Source: Bacteroidota bacterium
GTDB taxonomy: Bacteria > Bacteroidota > Ignavibacteria > UBA10030
Length of the DNA: 64,000 bases
Assembly (NCBI GenBank): GCA_040880975.1
Contig: JBBEEC010000029.1
Location: 31,054-95,053, forward strand
Direction: 5' to 3'
Below, piece after piece: positions 50,457-60,868 of the stretch. The first letter of the stretch is position 1. Each line of letters begins with the position of its first letter. The position numbers and the translations under genes were made by a program. The notes beneath the pieces are model-generated. The model searched no databases, was not told where the DNA came from, and saw only the letters and a list, made by a program, of their open reading frames with translations.

Positions 50457-51524
50457 ATGAGCAGCGATTCCACCTTTCCTCAAAAGATTCTCATCGTTCG
50501 CACCGACCGCATTGGTGATGTTGTCCTTTCCCTTCCCATGATCGCTGCCCTGAGATCACTTGCGCCGGGGGCCCTTGTTGCGTTCCTGCTGCGGTCGTAC
50601 ACAAAGGATCTTGTCAGGGACCAGCAGGGATTGGACCAGATCCTGTTGTATGACCGGGGGGGAGTGCGAAAAAAATTCAGGGAGATGCTCTCAGAAATCC
50701 GGTCAAACCGCTTTGATGCCGTGATCGTGACCTATCCCACATTGCGACTGGGGCTTCTTGCGTTCTTTGCTCGGATCCCCTGGCGGATCGGAACGGGATT
50801 CCGATGGTATTCGTTTCTCTTCAATAAGAAGGTCTTTGAGCACCGGAAAACCGCTGAAAAGCATGAAGCCGAGTATAACCTCTCGTTGCTGCGCGTCTTC
50901 GGCGATGTTGTCGAAAAGAACGCCTTGCCGAAGTTGATGGTGACGAAAGAGAATGAGAGAGAGGCAATGGAAGTCCTTCATGAAATGAGCATGACAGAAA
51001 ACAGCCCGTTCGTGATCCTCCATCCTGGAAGCGGCGGTTCGGCGAGGGATTGGCGGCCTGAGTCGTTTGGGAAGCTCGGAGCTCGTCTCGCAGAACGGGG
51101 GCTGAACGTCGTGGTAACGGGAGGGCCGGCAGAGGAGAGATTGAAAGACACTGTTGTGCAGCATTCCAAGAGCACCGCAAAGGCCCTTCCGCGGGCGTTG
51201 CCACTTTTGACGCTTGCTGCGCTGATCCGTAAAGCCGCTGTGTTTGTTTCCAACTCGACGGGTCCGCTCCATATCGCCGCAGCCGTCGGCACACCGGTTG
51301 TTGCGTTCTATCCACCCATCCGCCAATGCAGCCCGACGCGCTGGGGCCCCTTAACGGACCGGAAGGTCATCTTTGAACCCCGGGCGGCCGATTGTCCCAG
51401 GTGCAAAGGAGGACCATGCGAATCCAATGTTTGCATGGATCTGATCACAGTTGAAGCCGTGGAAAAGGCCGTGAATTCCTTGCTGGCCAAGACTGAATCT
51501 CACCCGGTGGAGGTTAGGCGATGA
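50457..51524 (+). CDS. glycosyltransferase family 9 (LPS heptosyltransferase-like)
   Basis: The N-terminus KILIVRTDRIGDVVLSLPMIAAL is GT9-type. Length is 355 aa. Confidence 0.75.
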   Translation: MSSDSTFPQKILIVRTDRIGDVVLSLPMIAALRSLAPGALVAFLLRSYTKDLVRDQQGLDQILLYDRGGVRKKFREMLSEIRSNRFDAVIVTYPTLRLGLLAFFARIPWRIGTGFRWYSFLFNKKVFEHRKTAEKHEAEYNLSLLRVFGDVVEKNALPKLMVTKENEREAMEVLHEMSMTENSPFVILHPGSGGSARDWRPESFGKLGARLAERGLNVVVTGGPAEERLKDTVVQHSKSTAKALPRALPLLTLAALIRKAAVFVSNSTGPLHIAAAVGTPVVAFYPPIRQCSPTRWGPLTDRKVIFEPRAADCPRCKGGPCESNVCMDLITVEAVEKAVNSLLAKTESHPVEVRR

Positions 51525-52363
51525 CCATCCTTCGAAACCTGATGCTCATTCTTCTGGTGGCCCGGGGGGCATCAGCTCAGATCCCCGACAGCACCGCTCC
51601 CATGCCGGTCGACTCGATGGCTGTTCCGGATACGGTAAAGCCTGAACCGGAATTCCGAACCATTCCGCAAACAGCGTTCACGGTGGGGGAGCGGTTGGTT
51701 TTTGACGTGGGATACAGTTTCATCACCGCCGGCGAAGCCGTGATGACAATTCCGCGTATTGACACCGTGGAAGGCCGGCCTTGTTACCAGGTACTCTTCA
51801 CGGTAAACTCCACTCCATCATTTTCCTGGATCTTTAAAGTGGAGGACCGGTACGAGACCATGGTGGATGTCGATGCTTTGTTTCCCTGGCGGTTCTCCCA
51901 AAAGATCCGGGAAGGCAAGTTCTCGCGCGATTTTGAGGCGACGCTCGATCATCGGCGCGGAATAGCGGTCGTCGGCGACAAGCAATATCCCATTCCGCCC
52001 AACGTTCACGATATTGTCTCAGCTTTTTATTTTGCCCGGACTCTGGATTACTCCAAGATGAAGCCCGGCCAAAGAACCAACCTTGCGAATTTTTACAAGG
52101 ACAGCACGTATACGCTCGCCATCAAATTTCTCGGGCATCAGCGGATTGATGTGGATGCGGGAAAATTTGACTGTGTCGTGGTCGAACCGCTGATTTCCGA
52201 AGGCGGACTCTTTAAGGCAGAAGGACGCATTATCATCTGGATGACAAATGATGACCGGAAAATTCCTGTGAAAGTGAGCACGAAGGTGGCCGTGGGGTCG
52301 ATCGACACGGAACTGCGGGAATATTCCGGCATCAATGGCGAAATTCGTGCGAAGGTGAAGTAA
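51521..52363 (+). CDS. secreted hypothetical protein (DUF3108-like)
   Basis: Signal peptide MTILRNLMLILLVARGASAQ. The domain family call is weak. Confidence 0.45.
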   Translation: MTILRNLMLILLVARGASAQIPDSTAPMPVDSMAVPDTVKPEPEFRTIPQTAFTVGERLVFDVGYSFITAGEAVMTIPRIDTVEGRPCYQVLFTVNSTPSFSWIFKVEDRYETMVDVDALFPWRFSQKIREGKFSRDFEATLDHRRGIAVVGDKQYPIPPNVHDIVSAFYFARTLDYSKMKPGQRTNLANFYKDSTYTLAIKFLGHQRIDVDAGKFDCVVVEPLISEGGLFKAEGRIIIWMTNDDRKIPVKVSTKVAVGSIDTELREYSGINGEIRAKVK

Positions 52364-52365
52364 CC

Positions 52366-53340
52366 ATGCCCCGTTACCAGCAAGCGGACCTGTCCGGCAT
52401 CAAAACGATTTCCATCAAATCACGCAAGAGCAAAGTCACTCCTGCGGATTTTGCCAAAGTTCTGAAGAACCCTTCGGCCGCCCGTGTGAAGGACCTTGTG
52501 GATTCCCTTCCGAAGATTCTGGCGGCGAACGAACTGCGCGATCTTGTGAATGATGTGGTTCGATCACGCCGGAAAAAGAAGCCTGTCATCCTCATGATGG
52601 GTGCTCATGTGGTCAAAGTGGGCCTCTCGCCGATCATCATTGACCTCGTGAAGCGCGGAGTTGTAACGCACGTTGCCATGAACAGCGCGGCGGCTATTCA
52701 CGACGTTGAAACGGCAATGTGGGGACACACTTCCGAGGACGTTGCCGTCAATCTGATGGACGGAACTTTTGGGATGTCCAGAGAGACGGGGGAATTTATC
52801 AACCGGGGACTCACGGTGGCCATGCGAACTTCCAGCGGGGGTTTTGGTGAGGCGATGGCCAGAAAACTTCAGGACCAGAAGGCACGGTTGCAGGCGAACA
52901 GCATATTGGTTCAGTGTTATAACGAAGGCGTGCCGGTGACGGTGCATGCTGCCATCGGAACAGATATCGTCCATCAACAGCCCACGATGGATGGGTCCGC
53001 CACCGGTGAGTTGAGTTTCCGTGATTTCAAGGTGCTTGCGAATTCCATCAAGGGCCTTACCGGCGGCGGCGTGGTGATCAACATCGGTTCCGCTGTCATC
53101 CTCCCGGAAGTGTTCCTGAAAGCACTGACGGTGGCAAGGAATCTCGGACACAAAGCGAAGGGATTTTCCACGGCAAACTTTGACATGATTCGCCATTATC
53201 GCCCGACAGTGAATGTGGTTGAACGGCCGACACAACGGCACGGTCGGGGATACCAATTCACCGGCCATCATGAGATCATGATCCCCTTGCTTGCCGTGAT
53301 GATCAATCTTCAACGCGGCACTGGGCGTGCCCGCCGATGA
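52366..53340 (+). CDS. deoxyhypusine synthase-like family protein (tentative)
   Basis: GAHVVKVGLSPIIIDLVKRGVVTHVAMNSAAAIHD resembles the DHS region ...[32 protein letters not shown]. Length is 324 aa. Confidence 0.4.
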   Translation: MPRYQQADLSGIKTISIKSRKSKVTPADFAKVLKNPSAARVKDLVDSLPKILAANELRDLVNDVVRSRRKKKPVILMMGAHVVKVGLSPIIIDLVKRGVVTHVAMNSAAAIHDVETAMWGHTSEDVAVNLMDGTFGMSRETGEFINRGLTVAMRTSSGGFGEAMARKLQDQKARLQANSILVQCYNEGVPVTVHAAIGTDIVHQQPTMDGSATGELSFRDFKVLANSIKGLTGGGVVINIGSAVILPEVFLKALTVARNLGHKAKGFSTANFDMIRHYRPTVNVVERPTQRHGRGYQFTGHHEIMIPLLAVMINLQRGTGRARR

Positions 53341-54275
53341 CGCTTCCCCCGATCGACTCTTCCGGCGGAAAGCCCGAAGAATCAAGCTTCGTTGATCGCC
53401 ATCATGTCCACCCGATCGTTTTTGCGGCATTGTCGTTGTTCGTGGTTTTTGTTCTCTACCAGCTTGTTGCCGGGACAGTGACGTTTTTCATTGTGGGGAG
53501 CAGCACCGTGACCCGCGAAAACGTCACAGAGATCCGGCTTCTCACCATGGTAGGCCAGTTGATCTGCATTCTCCTGCCCACGCTCTTCCTCGCCCGGCTC
53601 CTTTCAACCAGAATCTCCTCGGTCTTCGGGTGGCGTATTCCGTCGGTGGCGGAGACGATCTATGCCATCCTCGGCCTGTTCTTCCTTCAGCAGATCTTCC
53701 AGATTTACCTGTTTTTCCAGGACCTCATCCCCCTTCCTGATGCCGTCCGCAATATTCTCGATCCGTTCAAGAAAATGATCGAGGAGATGTTCCGCGCATT
53801 GGTCCAGGTGGAGAGTCTTCCGGAATTGTTCTTTGTCGTCCTTGTGGTGGCCTTCGTCCCGGCGATTGTCGAGGAACTTCTGTTCCGGGGTCTCATTCAG
53901 AAATCCCTGGAGAAAAGCCTCCCGGGGATACAGGCAGCCGTTCTCGCCGGAACGATTTTCGGACTCTATCACTTCAACCCTTTTGCGGTGATTCCCCTGG
54001 TGGGCCTCGGTTGCTATTTTGGGTTTCTGCGGTTCCGATCGGAAAGCATCGTCATCGCCATGACGGCGCATTTTGTGAATAACGCTCTCGCGACCATTGC
54101 TGTGTACTTCCAGATGGAATCGGAAATGATCATCGGGGCCAAGGAAGCCGCCGATCAGGACATCGGGGCGGTCGTGATCCAACTGTTCCTTTACTCCAGT
54201 CTGTTCCTCCTTGCGTTCTTTGCGTACTTGCGGTCGACGGTGCACCTCTCCGGAAAAACCCATGACCAGGTGTGA
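53337..54275 (+). CDS. CPBP-family (CAAX) intramembrane metalloprotease
   Basis: Motifs EELLFRGLIQ, FGLYHF and HFVNN are present. Confidence 0.75.
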   Translation: MTLPPIDSSGGKPEESSFVDRHHVHPIVFAALSLFVVFVLYQLVAGTVTFFIVGSSTVTRENVTEIRLLTMVGQLICILLPTLFLARLLSTRISSVFGWRIPSVAETIYAILGLFFLQQIFQIYLFFQDLIPLPDAVRNILDPFKKMIEEMFRALVQVESLPELFFVVLVVAFVPAIVEELLFRGLIQKSLEKSLPGIQAAVLAGTIFGLYHFNPFAVIPLVGLGCYFGFLRFRSESIVIAMTAHFVNNALATIAVYFQMESEMIIGAKEAADQDIGAVVIQLFLYSSLFLLAFFAYLRSTVHLSGKTHDQV

Positions 54276-54711
54276 CCGCTGTGGACAGTCCCTCGTTTCA
54301 CCGGAGGTCGACTGCGCGTTCTGCGGCCGGCTGGGGCCAAATGGGAACGGCGTGGGTTGCGAATTGCACGAAGGCGCAGACGCGGTGGCTCTTTGTTTTG
54401 TCTGTGGAAAACCCATGTGCGGGGATTGCGCCGTCTGGGCCGGCTCGAAGTTCCTCTGTGACCTGCCGGCTCACCGTGAAATTGCCGGGGCCTGGGAAGT
54501 CATTGCACGATACTCTTCAATTTTTGAAGCCGATATGATTGCGAAAAACCTCGAGCAGGGGGGACTCAGGTCCATCGTGTTCTCTCCGGGAGATTTTACC
54601 GCCTCGTTTTGGCATCCCGGGTTATCTTCGGCCCGCGTGTTTGTTCGAAAAGAAGACGCCGAAATGGCCGGGGGACTTCTGGAATCTCTTGCGCTCTTGG
54701 GGAAACCATGA
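54262..54711 (+). CDS. zinc-ribbon protein with DUF2007-like C-terminal domain
   Basis: CDRCG...CAFCG...CFVCG...CGDC cysteine pairs. The start is at the internal Met. Confidence 0.45.
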   Translation: MTRCDRCGQSLVSPEVDCAFCGRLGPNGNGVGCELHEGADAVALCFVCGKPMCGDCAVWAGSKFLCDLPAHREIAGAWEVIARYSSIFEADMIAKNLEQGGLRSIVFSPGDFTASFWHPGLSSARVFVRKEDAEMAGGLLESLALLGKP

Positions 54712-54729
54712 CCAGGAAAGGACCGAACC

Positions 54730-55683
54730 GTGTCTACCCGCTTTGAGCGTTTACCGACGAGAGTCATCGTTGCCGTTGTCGCAATCCCGTTGATCGTCTT
54801 CGCCATCTTCGAAGGCGGCTATGTGTTCTTTGGCCTCATCGGAGTGATCTCGGCGATCGCATTGCACGAGTTCTATGCGATGGTGCGCCCAAAAGGAGCA
54901 GAACCGCTTATGGGATTGGGAATCGCGGCAGGAATCCTCGTCAACGCGGCCTTTCTCTATGAGAGATTCCAGATCGAACTCTATGCCTTTTTCGCCGAGA
55001 GGGGCTATCAACTGAAATTATTTTCCCAACTGCAGTTCCTGCTGGTCGTTCTTATTGTGTTCGTTCTGATCGTCCTCGGCATCGAGCTGTTTCGCCGAAA
55101 AGGGTCACCGCTTCTGAACGTCAGTACAACGCTCGCAGGGGTGCTTGTGATTTCACTTTGCTTTGGGCTCCTCATCGGCCTCCGCGAGCTCTATGGGCAC
55201 GGATTCCCCTTTCATAAGTTCATGGGCGGGTCCTTGCTTGCCGGTGACAAGGAACTCGCAACTGTTCGTGCGTGGGGAGGATGGACCGTGCTTTCCATCG
55301 TTGTCGCGATCTGGTTTTGCGATACGGCGGCGTATTTTGTTGGGAGTGTCTTTGGCAGGCATAAATTATTTCCCCGTGTCAGTCCCGGCAAGACCTGGGA
55401 GGGTGCGATCGCGGGGTTCGTCGGGGCGGTTGCTGTGATGGTGGTGGGAAGAGAGCTCTTCTTGCCGTACCTGACTCTGATGGATGGCATTTTCCTTGGT
55501 GTGATTGTTGGAGTCTTTGGTCAGATGGGAGACCTCGTTGAGTCGAGGTTCAAGCGGGATGCGGGCATCAAGGATTCATCGGCGCTCATTCCCGGACACG
55601 GCGGCATGTATGATCGCTTCGACAGCTTGGTATTTATCGCGCCGTTTGTGTATCTTTATATCGATTTCATAGTGTTATCATGA
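54730..55683 (+). CDS. cdsA: phosphatidate cytidylyltransferase
   Basis: Carries the C-terminal CdsA signature SRFKRDAGIKDSSALIPGHGGMYDRFDS. Confidence 0.85.
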   Translation: MSTRFERLPTRVIVAVVAIPLIVFAIFEGGYVFFGLIGVISAIALHEFYAMVRPKGAEPLMGLGIAAGILVNAAFLYERFQIELYAFFAERGYQLKLFSQLQFLLVVLIVFVLIVLGIELFRRKGSPLLNVSTTLAGVLVISLCFGLLIGLRELYGHGFPFHKFMGGSLLAGDKELATVRAWGGWTVLSIVVAIWFCDTAAYFVGSVFGRHKLFPRVSPGKTWEGAIAGFVGAVAVMVVGRELFLPYLTLMDGIFLGVIVGVFGQMGDLVESRFKRDAGIKDSSALIPGHGGMYDRFDSLVFIAPFVYLYIDFIVLS

Positions 55684-56996
55684 GAGCGGATCTCAAAAAA
55701 CCAAAAATCAACATTATCACCCTGGGTTGCTCCAAGAACATCGTCGACAGCGAGCAGCTCCTGGGCCAATTGAAACTGAGCGGCGCGTCTGTTGTCGATG
55801 ACGTCGATCAGGCGGACATCGCGGTTATCAATACGTGCGGGTTTATCGACGCCGCCAAGCAGGAATCCATCGACGCGATCGTCGAAGCGGTGGAACAGAA
55901 ACAGGGAGGCAAGCTCAAGAAGGTCGTGGTGATGGGCTGTCTCTCGGAACGCTATCGAGCGGACCTGCAGAAGGAACTCCCGGGCGTGGACGCGTTCTTC
56001 GGTTCCAACCAGCTTCAGGACGTTGTGGTCGAGCTGGGAGTCGATTACCGTCGTGAGCTGCTGGGGGAACGGGTACTGACCACACCAGGCCATTTTGCCT
56101 ATCTGAAGATCTCGGAAGGGTGCGACCGGCCCTGTTCATTCTGCGCCATTCCTCTCATGCGCGGGAATCACCGCAGCAAACCCATGGAGCAGATTGTGGC
56201 GGAAGCGGGCTCGCTGGCGGACAAAGGCGTCAAGGAACTCATCCTCATCGGGCAGGATACCACCTTCTACGGACTGGATCTCTACGGCAAGCGGCGGCTT
56301 GCCGAGGTGCTTGAAACCATGGCGCACCAGAAAGGAATAGAGTGGATTCGCCTGATGTACGCCTATCCCTCCGGTTTTCCACGCGAGATCATCCCGGTCA
56401 TGCGGGACAATCGCGCAATCTGCAAGTACATCGATCTGCCCCTCCAGCACATTTCCGACCCTGTGCTGAATTCCATGCGGCGCGGCATTACGGCAAAGGC
56501 GACAAGAGAACTCCTCGATGATCTTCGCTCGGGGATACCGGAACTCGCCCTTCGCACCACTTTCATCGTCGGCTATCCCAACGAGTCGGAGCGTGACTTT
56601 CAGGAGCTTTACGATTTTGTCCGCGAGGCCAAATTTCACCGATTGGGGGTCTTTCCCTATTCCCACGAAGAGGGCACTGCAGCAGAAAACCTCGGCGACC
56701 CGATCCCAAAGAACGTGAAGCAGGAGCGCCTTTCGGCGCTGATGGAGCTTCAAAAGGAGATCTCGGAAGAGAGAAATCAGCGGCTCATCGGTACAACCGT
56801 CAGGGTGCTTGTTGACCGCAGGGATGGTGAATTCGCTGTGGGGAGGACCCAATGGGACGCGCCTGAGATAGACCAGGAAGTCTATATAAAGAACGCAGAG
56901 CCGGTACAAAGTGGCAACTTTTTCACCGCAACCGTTGTTGATGCTGTTGAGTACGATTTGTTTGCTGATGCCTCATTGCTGGGGAGGACCTCATGA
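55680..56996 (+). CDS. rimO: ribosomal protein S12 methylthiotransferase (MiaB-like radical SAM)
   Basis: MTTase N-domain (INIITLGCSKN...VINTCGFI). Radical-SAM CDRPCSFCAIP. C-terminal TRAM domain. Length is 438 aa. Confidence 0.75.
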   Translation: MRADLKKPKINIITLGCSKNIVDSEQLLGQLKLSGASVVDDVDQADIAVINTCGFIDAAKQESIDAIVEAVEQKQGGKLKKVVVMGCLSERYRADLQKELPGVDAFFGSNQLQDVVVELGVDYRRELLGERVLTTPGHFAYLKISEGCDRPCSFCAIPLMRGNHRSKPMEQIVAEAGSLADKGVKELILIGQDTTFYGLDLYGKRRLAEVLETMAHQKGIEWIRLMYAYPSGFPREIIPVMRDNRAICKYIDLPLQHISDPVLNSMRRGITAKATRELLDDLRSGIPELALRTTFIVGYPNESERDFQELYDFVREAKFHRLGVFPYSHEEGTAAENLGDPIPKNVKQERLSALMELQKEISEERNQRLIGTTVRVLVDRRDGEFAVGRTQWDAPEIDQEVYIKNAEPVQSGNFFTATVVDAVEYDLFADASLLGRTS

Positions 56997-58270
56997 AACG
57001 CATTCAATCCATATTGCTTGCAGGACTGCTTCTGCTCTGTTCCCAGAGAGCAGACGCCCAGGCGGCGGAGCTGAAACCCTCACAAGCCGAGCCAGCGGTG
57101 CTGTTTTTCTTCGATGCCATTTCCTATGCATCGAGTGTGCCCGGTAAATCGAGGATCGAGGTTTTCATTCAGGTCCCGTATGAGCAACTGCGGTTTGTCA
57201 AGGATGGTGAAACCTTCTCGGCAAACTACGACGTTGTTCTGACCGTCGAGAAGCCTTCGCATCAGATCCTGCAGGAGCGAAGCTGGAGCGTCGACGTTCG
57301 CTTGCCGGAGTTTGCGCGAACGGTGTCCAGGAACTCCGCGAGCCTGTCCCAGAAGGCGATCGAAATTGAGCCCGGGGAGTATCATCTGATCGTTCTGGTG
57401 AAGGATACGGATTCCAAGAAGACCGGGAAGATCCAACGCAGCGTCCTGGTGACGGATTTTGCAAAGGATTCGCTGAGCCTGTCAGACATCATGCTGGTTT
57501 CGCGATTGACGACGGAAGGGAACAAAAGGAAAATTGTGCCCAACATCTCCGGAATGGTCTCTTCTTCAGGCGATGGATTCTTTCTGTTCTTTGAGGTGTA
57601 CGGCGGCACGCCGGATGATTCCATTACATTCACCTGGAAGATTTTCAACCAGGAAAAGAAAGAAGTGTCAAGCAGAGTCCAGGCGGAGCCCACGCCGACT
57701 TCTCAAACGCAAGTGTTCGTGAAGGTCGAAGATCTCCTTCTGCCCATTGGCACCTACCTCGTTACCGTTGAAACAGAGGTCCCGATGAAGGCGACGACAT
57801 CCAGGACGTTCACCGTACGCTGGGCCGACCTCCCCCCGTCGATCAAGGATCTGAGTAAAGCGGTCGATCAATTAAGGTACATCGCGCAGCCGACGGAATA
57901 CGATCACATTCGAAAAGCGGAAACCGATGAGGAAGTGCGAAAACGGTTTCTCGAATTCTGGACGAAGCGCGATCCTGATCCGCAGACCCAACGGAACGAA
58001 CTGATGGAGGAATACTATCAGCGGGTGGAATACGCCAACAAGACCTTCAGTCATTATATGGAGGGATGGCGGACGGATCGCGGAATGGTGTTCATCCGGT
58101 TCGGCACGCCCGACAATATTGAGCGGCATCCCTTCGATATGAACTCCAAGCCGTATGAGGTATGGTACTATTACGAGGTAGAACGTCAGTTTGTCTTCGT
58201 GGACGAAACAGGTTTCGGCGACTACCGATTGCGGTACCCGACCACAGACCTGTGGGGGAGAATCCGCTGA
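56993..58270 (+). CDS. GWxTD-domain secreted protein
   Basis: Signal peptide. C-terminal GWRTDRGMVFIRFGTPD...YEVWYY motif. Confidence 0.7.
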   Translation: MKRIQSILLAGLLLLCSQRADAQAAELKPSQAEPAVLFFFDAISYASSVPGKSRIEVFIQVPYEQLRFVKDGETFSANYDVVLTVEKPSHQILQERSWSVDVRLPEFARTVSRNSASLSQKAIEIEPGEYHLIVLVKDTDSKKTGKIQRSVLVTDFAKDSLSLSDIMLVSRLTTEGNKRKIVPNISGMVSSSGDGFFLFFEVYGGTPDDSITFTWKIFNQEKKEVSSRVQAEPTPTSQTQVFVKVEDLLLPIGTYLVTVETEVPMKATTSRTFTVRWADLPPSIKDLSKAVDQLRYIAQPTEYDHIRKAETDEEVRKRFLEFWTKRDPDPQTQRNELMEEYYQRVEYANKTFSHYMEGWRTDRGMVFIRFGTPDNIERHPFDMNSKPYEVWYYYEVERQFVFVDETGFGDYRLRYPTTDLWGRIR

Positions 58271-58287
58271 GTCATTCGTTCCAAACC

Positions 58288-60030
58288 ATGTCCGAGAAAG
58301 CCAGTCCCCGCTTTGTGTGGCCTGGCTTTTTCTGTTTCATGGTGCTCATCACCTGGACGGGTACCGCACAGCGACAGGACATTCCGACGATTGGCTCGAT
58401 TACCTTCGAAGGAAATCACGCGATCTCGACAAATGAACTTCGCGCCGCTGCGGAACTGCGGGTGGGCCAATCGGGAGATTCGGCGGTGTGCGCCCTCGGT
58501 GCCGAACGTGTCGAGGCGTTCTATCGGGAACAGGGATTCCTGTATGCCAGGGCAACGGTAAACCTGCAGCAAGAGGGCCGGGTGATTCAAGTCGTGGTGT
58601 CCATCGATGAAGGCCTCCTCGCCGTTATTCATTCGATGACGTTTGTGGGGAATCATGACCTGGCCGTTGATGATCTCCATTCCGTTCTGGAGACCCGGCC
58701 GGGGGACACGTTCGTCGAGAAAACAATTGAGCGGGATGTCAATGCCGTCCTCGCCCTCTATGAAAAGCGGGGATTCCCGACAGCGCGGATCTCGGTGATC
58801 GCCCTCGATGCCGGAAGGGACGCGGCAAGGGCGTTCTTGAATGTCCAAATTGAAGCGAAGGAAGGTGTGAAAGCGTCAATATCGGAAATTCTGCTCGAGG
58901 GGAACAAGACGACAAAGGATGAGGTCATCCTCCGTGAGGTCAGGAGCCGGCAGACGGACCTCTTCACCGATGCCTCCGCGGAAAGGATCCGGCGTGCCTT
59001 GGAACGTCTTCGACTGTTCACGTCGGTCGAAGCTCCACAATTCTATGTGGCCGGGGAGAACAAGGGCGTCATGGTGATCAGGGTTCGGGAGGGGGATCCG
59101 AACCGATTCGATGGAATGATCGGCTACAATCCGCTGCCTCAGGGAGGCGGAATCGTCACCGGCCTGGCGGACGTCCGGTTTGGCAATCTCTTTGGAACGG
59201 GCCGACGACTTTCCGTACGATGGATGAGGGAATCATCCGCCTCACAGGACCTTGCGCTCCGGTACTATGAACCCTGGGTCGCGTCTCTTCCGATCCATGC
59301 TGAAGTCGGATTTCTGCAGCGAAAACAGGATTCAACGTTCATTACCCGCACATACCAGGCCGATGTATCCATCAATCTGGCAGACGATGTTGCGGGAGCA
59401 GTCTCTGTCGAACAGTCCCAGACCGTGCCCGGAGAAAGGATCCAGAATTCCATATCATCGAATACCCAGTGGAGTTTGGGCGCCTCACTTTCGTATGACA
59501 CGCGGAATCATCCCGTAACTCCTACCGAAGGTATTCTGTACAAGACCGGGTACGAATTTGGCCGAAAATCGTCCGCAGGAACTTCCAGCGAAACAAGAAG
59601 ACTGACGTTTGAACTTGAAGCATACTATGCACTGGGAGCAAGGCAGGTCTTCATGGCCTCCGTGCGGGGGAAAAGCTTCTCTTCTTCTTTGATGGGGCAG
59701 AGCGACCTCTTTCGCCTGGGCGGGGCCACCACGCTGAGGGGATATCGGGAAAATCAGTTTCAGGGAGCGCGCGTCGGATGGGCGAGTCTCGAGTACCGGT
59801 TTCTCACCGGCGGCAATTCGTACTTCTACGGATTCCTCGACGGTGGATACATCTCCGTTCCTGATCGCCCCGCGGCAGGATTGACCCCGTCCGAGATTAC
59901 CAGGTTCGGGTACGGCACAGGCGCCCGTGTGGAAACTGCCCTCGGGTTGATCACAGTCGGACTTGCCTTTGGGGAAGGGGACACGTTCCGAACAGCCAAA
60001 CTTCATTTGCGGCTTTCCAATGAGTTCTGA
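58288..60030 (+). CDS. bamA: BamA/Omp85-family outer-membrane protein assembly factor
   Basis: Signal peptide and POTRA-like repeats. C-terminal beta-barrel ending in F (…LRLSNEF). Confidence 0.75.
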   Translation: MSEKASPRFVWPGFFCFMVLITWTGTAQRQDIPTIGSITFEGNHAISTNELRAAAELRVGQSGDSAVCALGAERVEAFYREQGFLYARATVNLQQEGRVIQVVVSIDEGLLAVIHSMTFVGNHDLAVDDLHSVLETRPGDTFVEKTIERDVNAVLALYEKRGFPTARISVIALDAGRDAARAFLNVQIEAKEGVKASISEILLEGNKTTKDEVILREVRSRQTDLFTDASAERIRRALERLRLFTSVEAPQFYVAGENKGVMVIRVREGDPNRFDGMIGYNPLPQGGGIVTGLADVRFGNLFGTGRRLSVRWMRESSASQDLALRYYEPWVASLPIHAEVGFLQRKQDSTFITRTYQADVSINLADDVAGAVSVEQSQTVPGERIQNSISSNTQWSLGASLSYDTRNHPVTPTEGILYKTGYEFGRKSSAGTSSETRRLTFELEAYYALGARQVFMASVRGKSFSSSLMGQSDLFRLGGATTLRGYRENQFQGARVGWASLEYRFLTGGNSYFYGFLDGGYISVPDRPAAGLTPSEITRFGYGTGARVETALGLITVGLAFGEGDTFRTAKLHLRLSNEF

Positions 60031-60868
60031 AAAGATCAAAGCATTGATTCAGCTTCTTCGGCCGCTCAACGTGGCCATCATGATGCTTGTGACTTCTGCC
60101 GCCGCCCTCTTTGCAGGAGGTACCGAAGTTTCACGCTTGAGTGTGATCCTCGGAGGCCTCGCCGCCGGGCTCATCGGAGGTGCGGCAAACGCGATCAACG
60201 ATTATTTTGATGTCGCCATCGATCGTGTGAACAGGCCAAGTCGTCCGCTCCCTCGCGGGGCTGTGAGCCCCGGGGTCGCAGTCATTCTCTGGGCCGTTCT
60301 TTCCATTGCTGGAATTTCCCTCAATCTTTTTCTAAATTCATCTGCCTTTTGGATCGCGGTCTCTGCCGTTGCGGTGCTGTTTGCGTACTCCGCACGGCTC
60401 AAACGAACGGTACTGATCGGCAATATTGTCGTGGCCGGAATGACCGGCATGGCGTTTGTCTACGGTGCAGTGGTTGCCGGAGCCCCGGGAAAGGCATTGT
60501 TTCCCTTTTTGTTTGCCTTTCTGATCAATCTCGGCCGGGAGATTCTCAAGGACATTGAGGATATGGCGGGAGACCTGCGCGACGGTGCCACATCACTGCC
60601 CCTGAAACATGGAACTCCCGTTGCCCTTGTCGTTGCCACTGCCGTATTCATCGTTTTGATCGCTGCAACCATTGTCCCCTTTTCGCTGGGAACATTCGGT
60701 ACGGCGTATCTCATGATCGTAAGCGTGGTGAATCTCCTTCTCGGTTTTGTGATCGTTTCGATGTGGACCAACAGGACGACGGCGAATCTGCGGCGGCTGA
60801 ATGGAGTTCTGAAGGCCGGCATGATCATCGGGCTGATTGCCATGGCGTTTGGCGCGCAGCAAGTATGA
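60020..60868 (+). CDS. UbiA-family prenyltransferase
   Basis: NAINDYFDVAIDRVN is the NxxxDxxxD motif. It is a multi-TM protein. Confidence 0.75.
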   Translation: MSSEKIKALIQLLRPLNVAIMMLVTSAAALFAGGTEVSRLSVILGGLAAGLIGGAANAINDYFDVAIDRVNRPSRPLPRGAVSPGVAVILWAVLSIAGISLNLFLNSSAFWIAVSAVAVLFAYSARLKRTVLIGNIVVAGMTGMAFVYGAVVAGAPGKALFPFLFAFLINLGREILKDIEDMAGDLRDGATSLPLKHGTPVALVVATAVFIVLIAATIVPFSLGTFGTAYLMIVSVVNLLLGFVIVSMWTNRTTANLRRLNGVLKAGMIIGLIAMAFGAQQV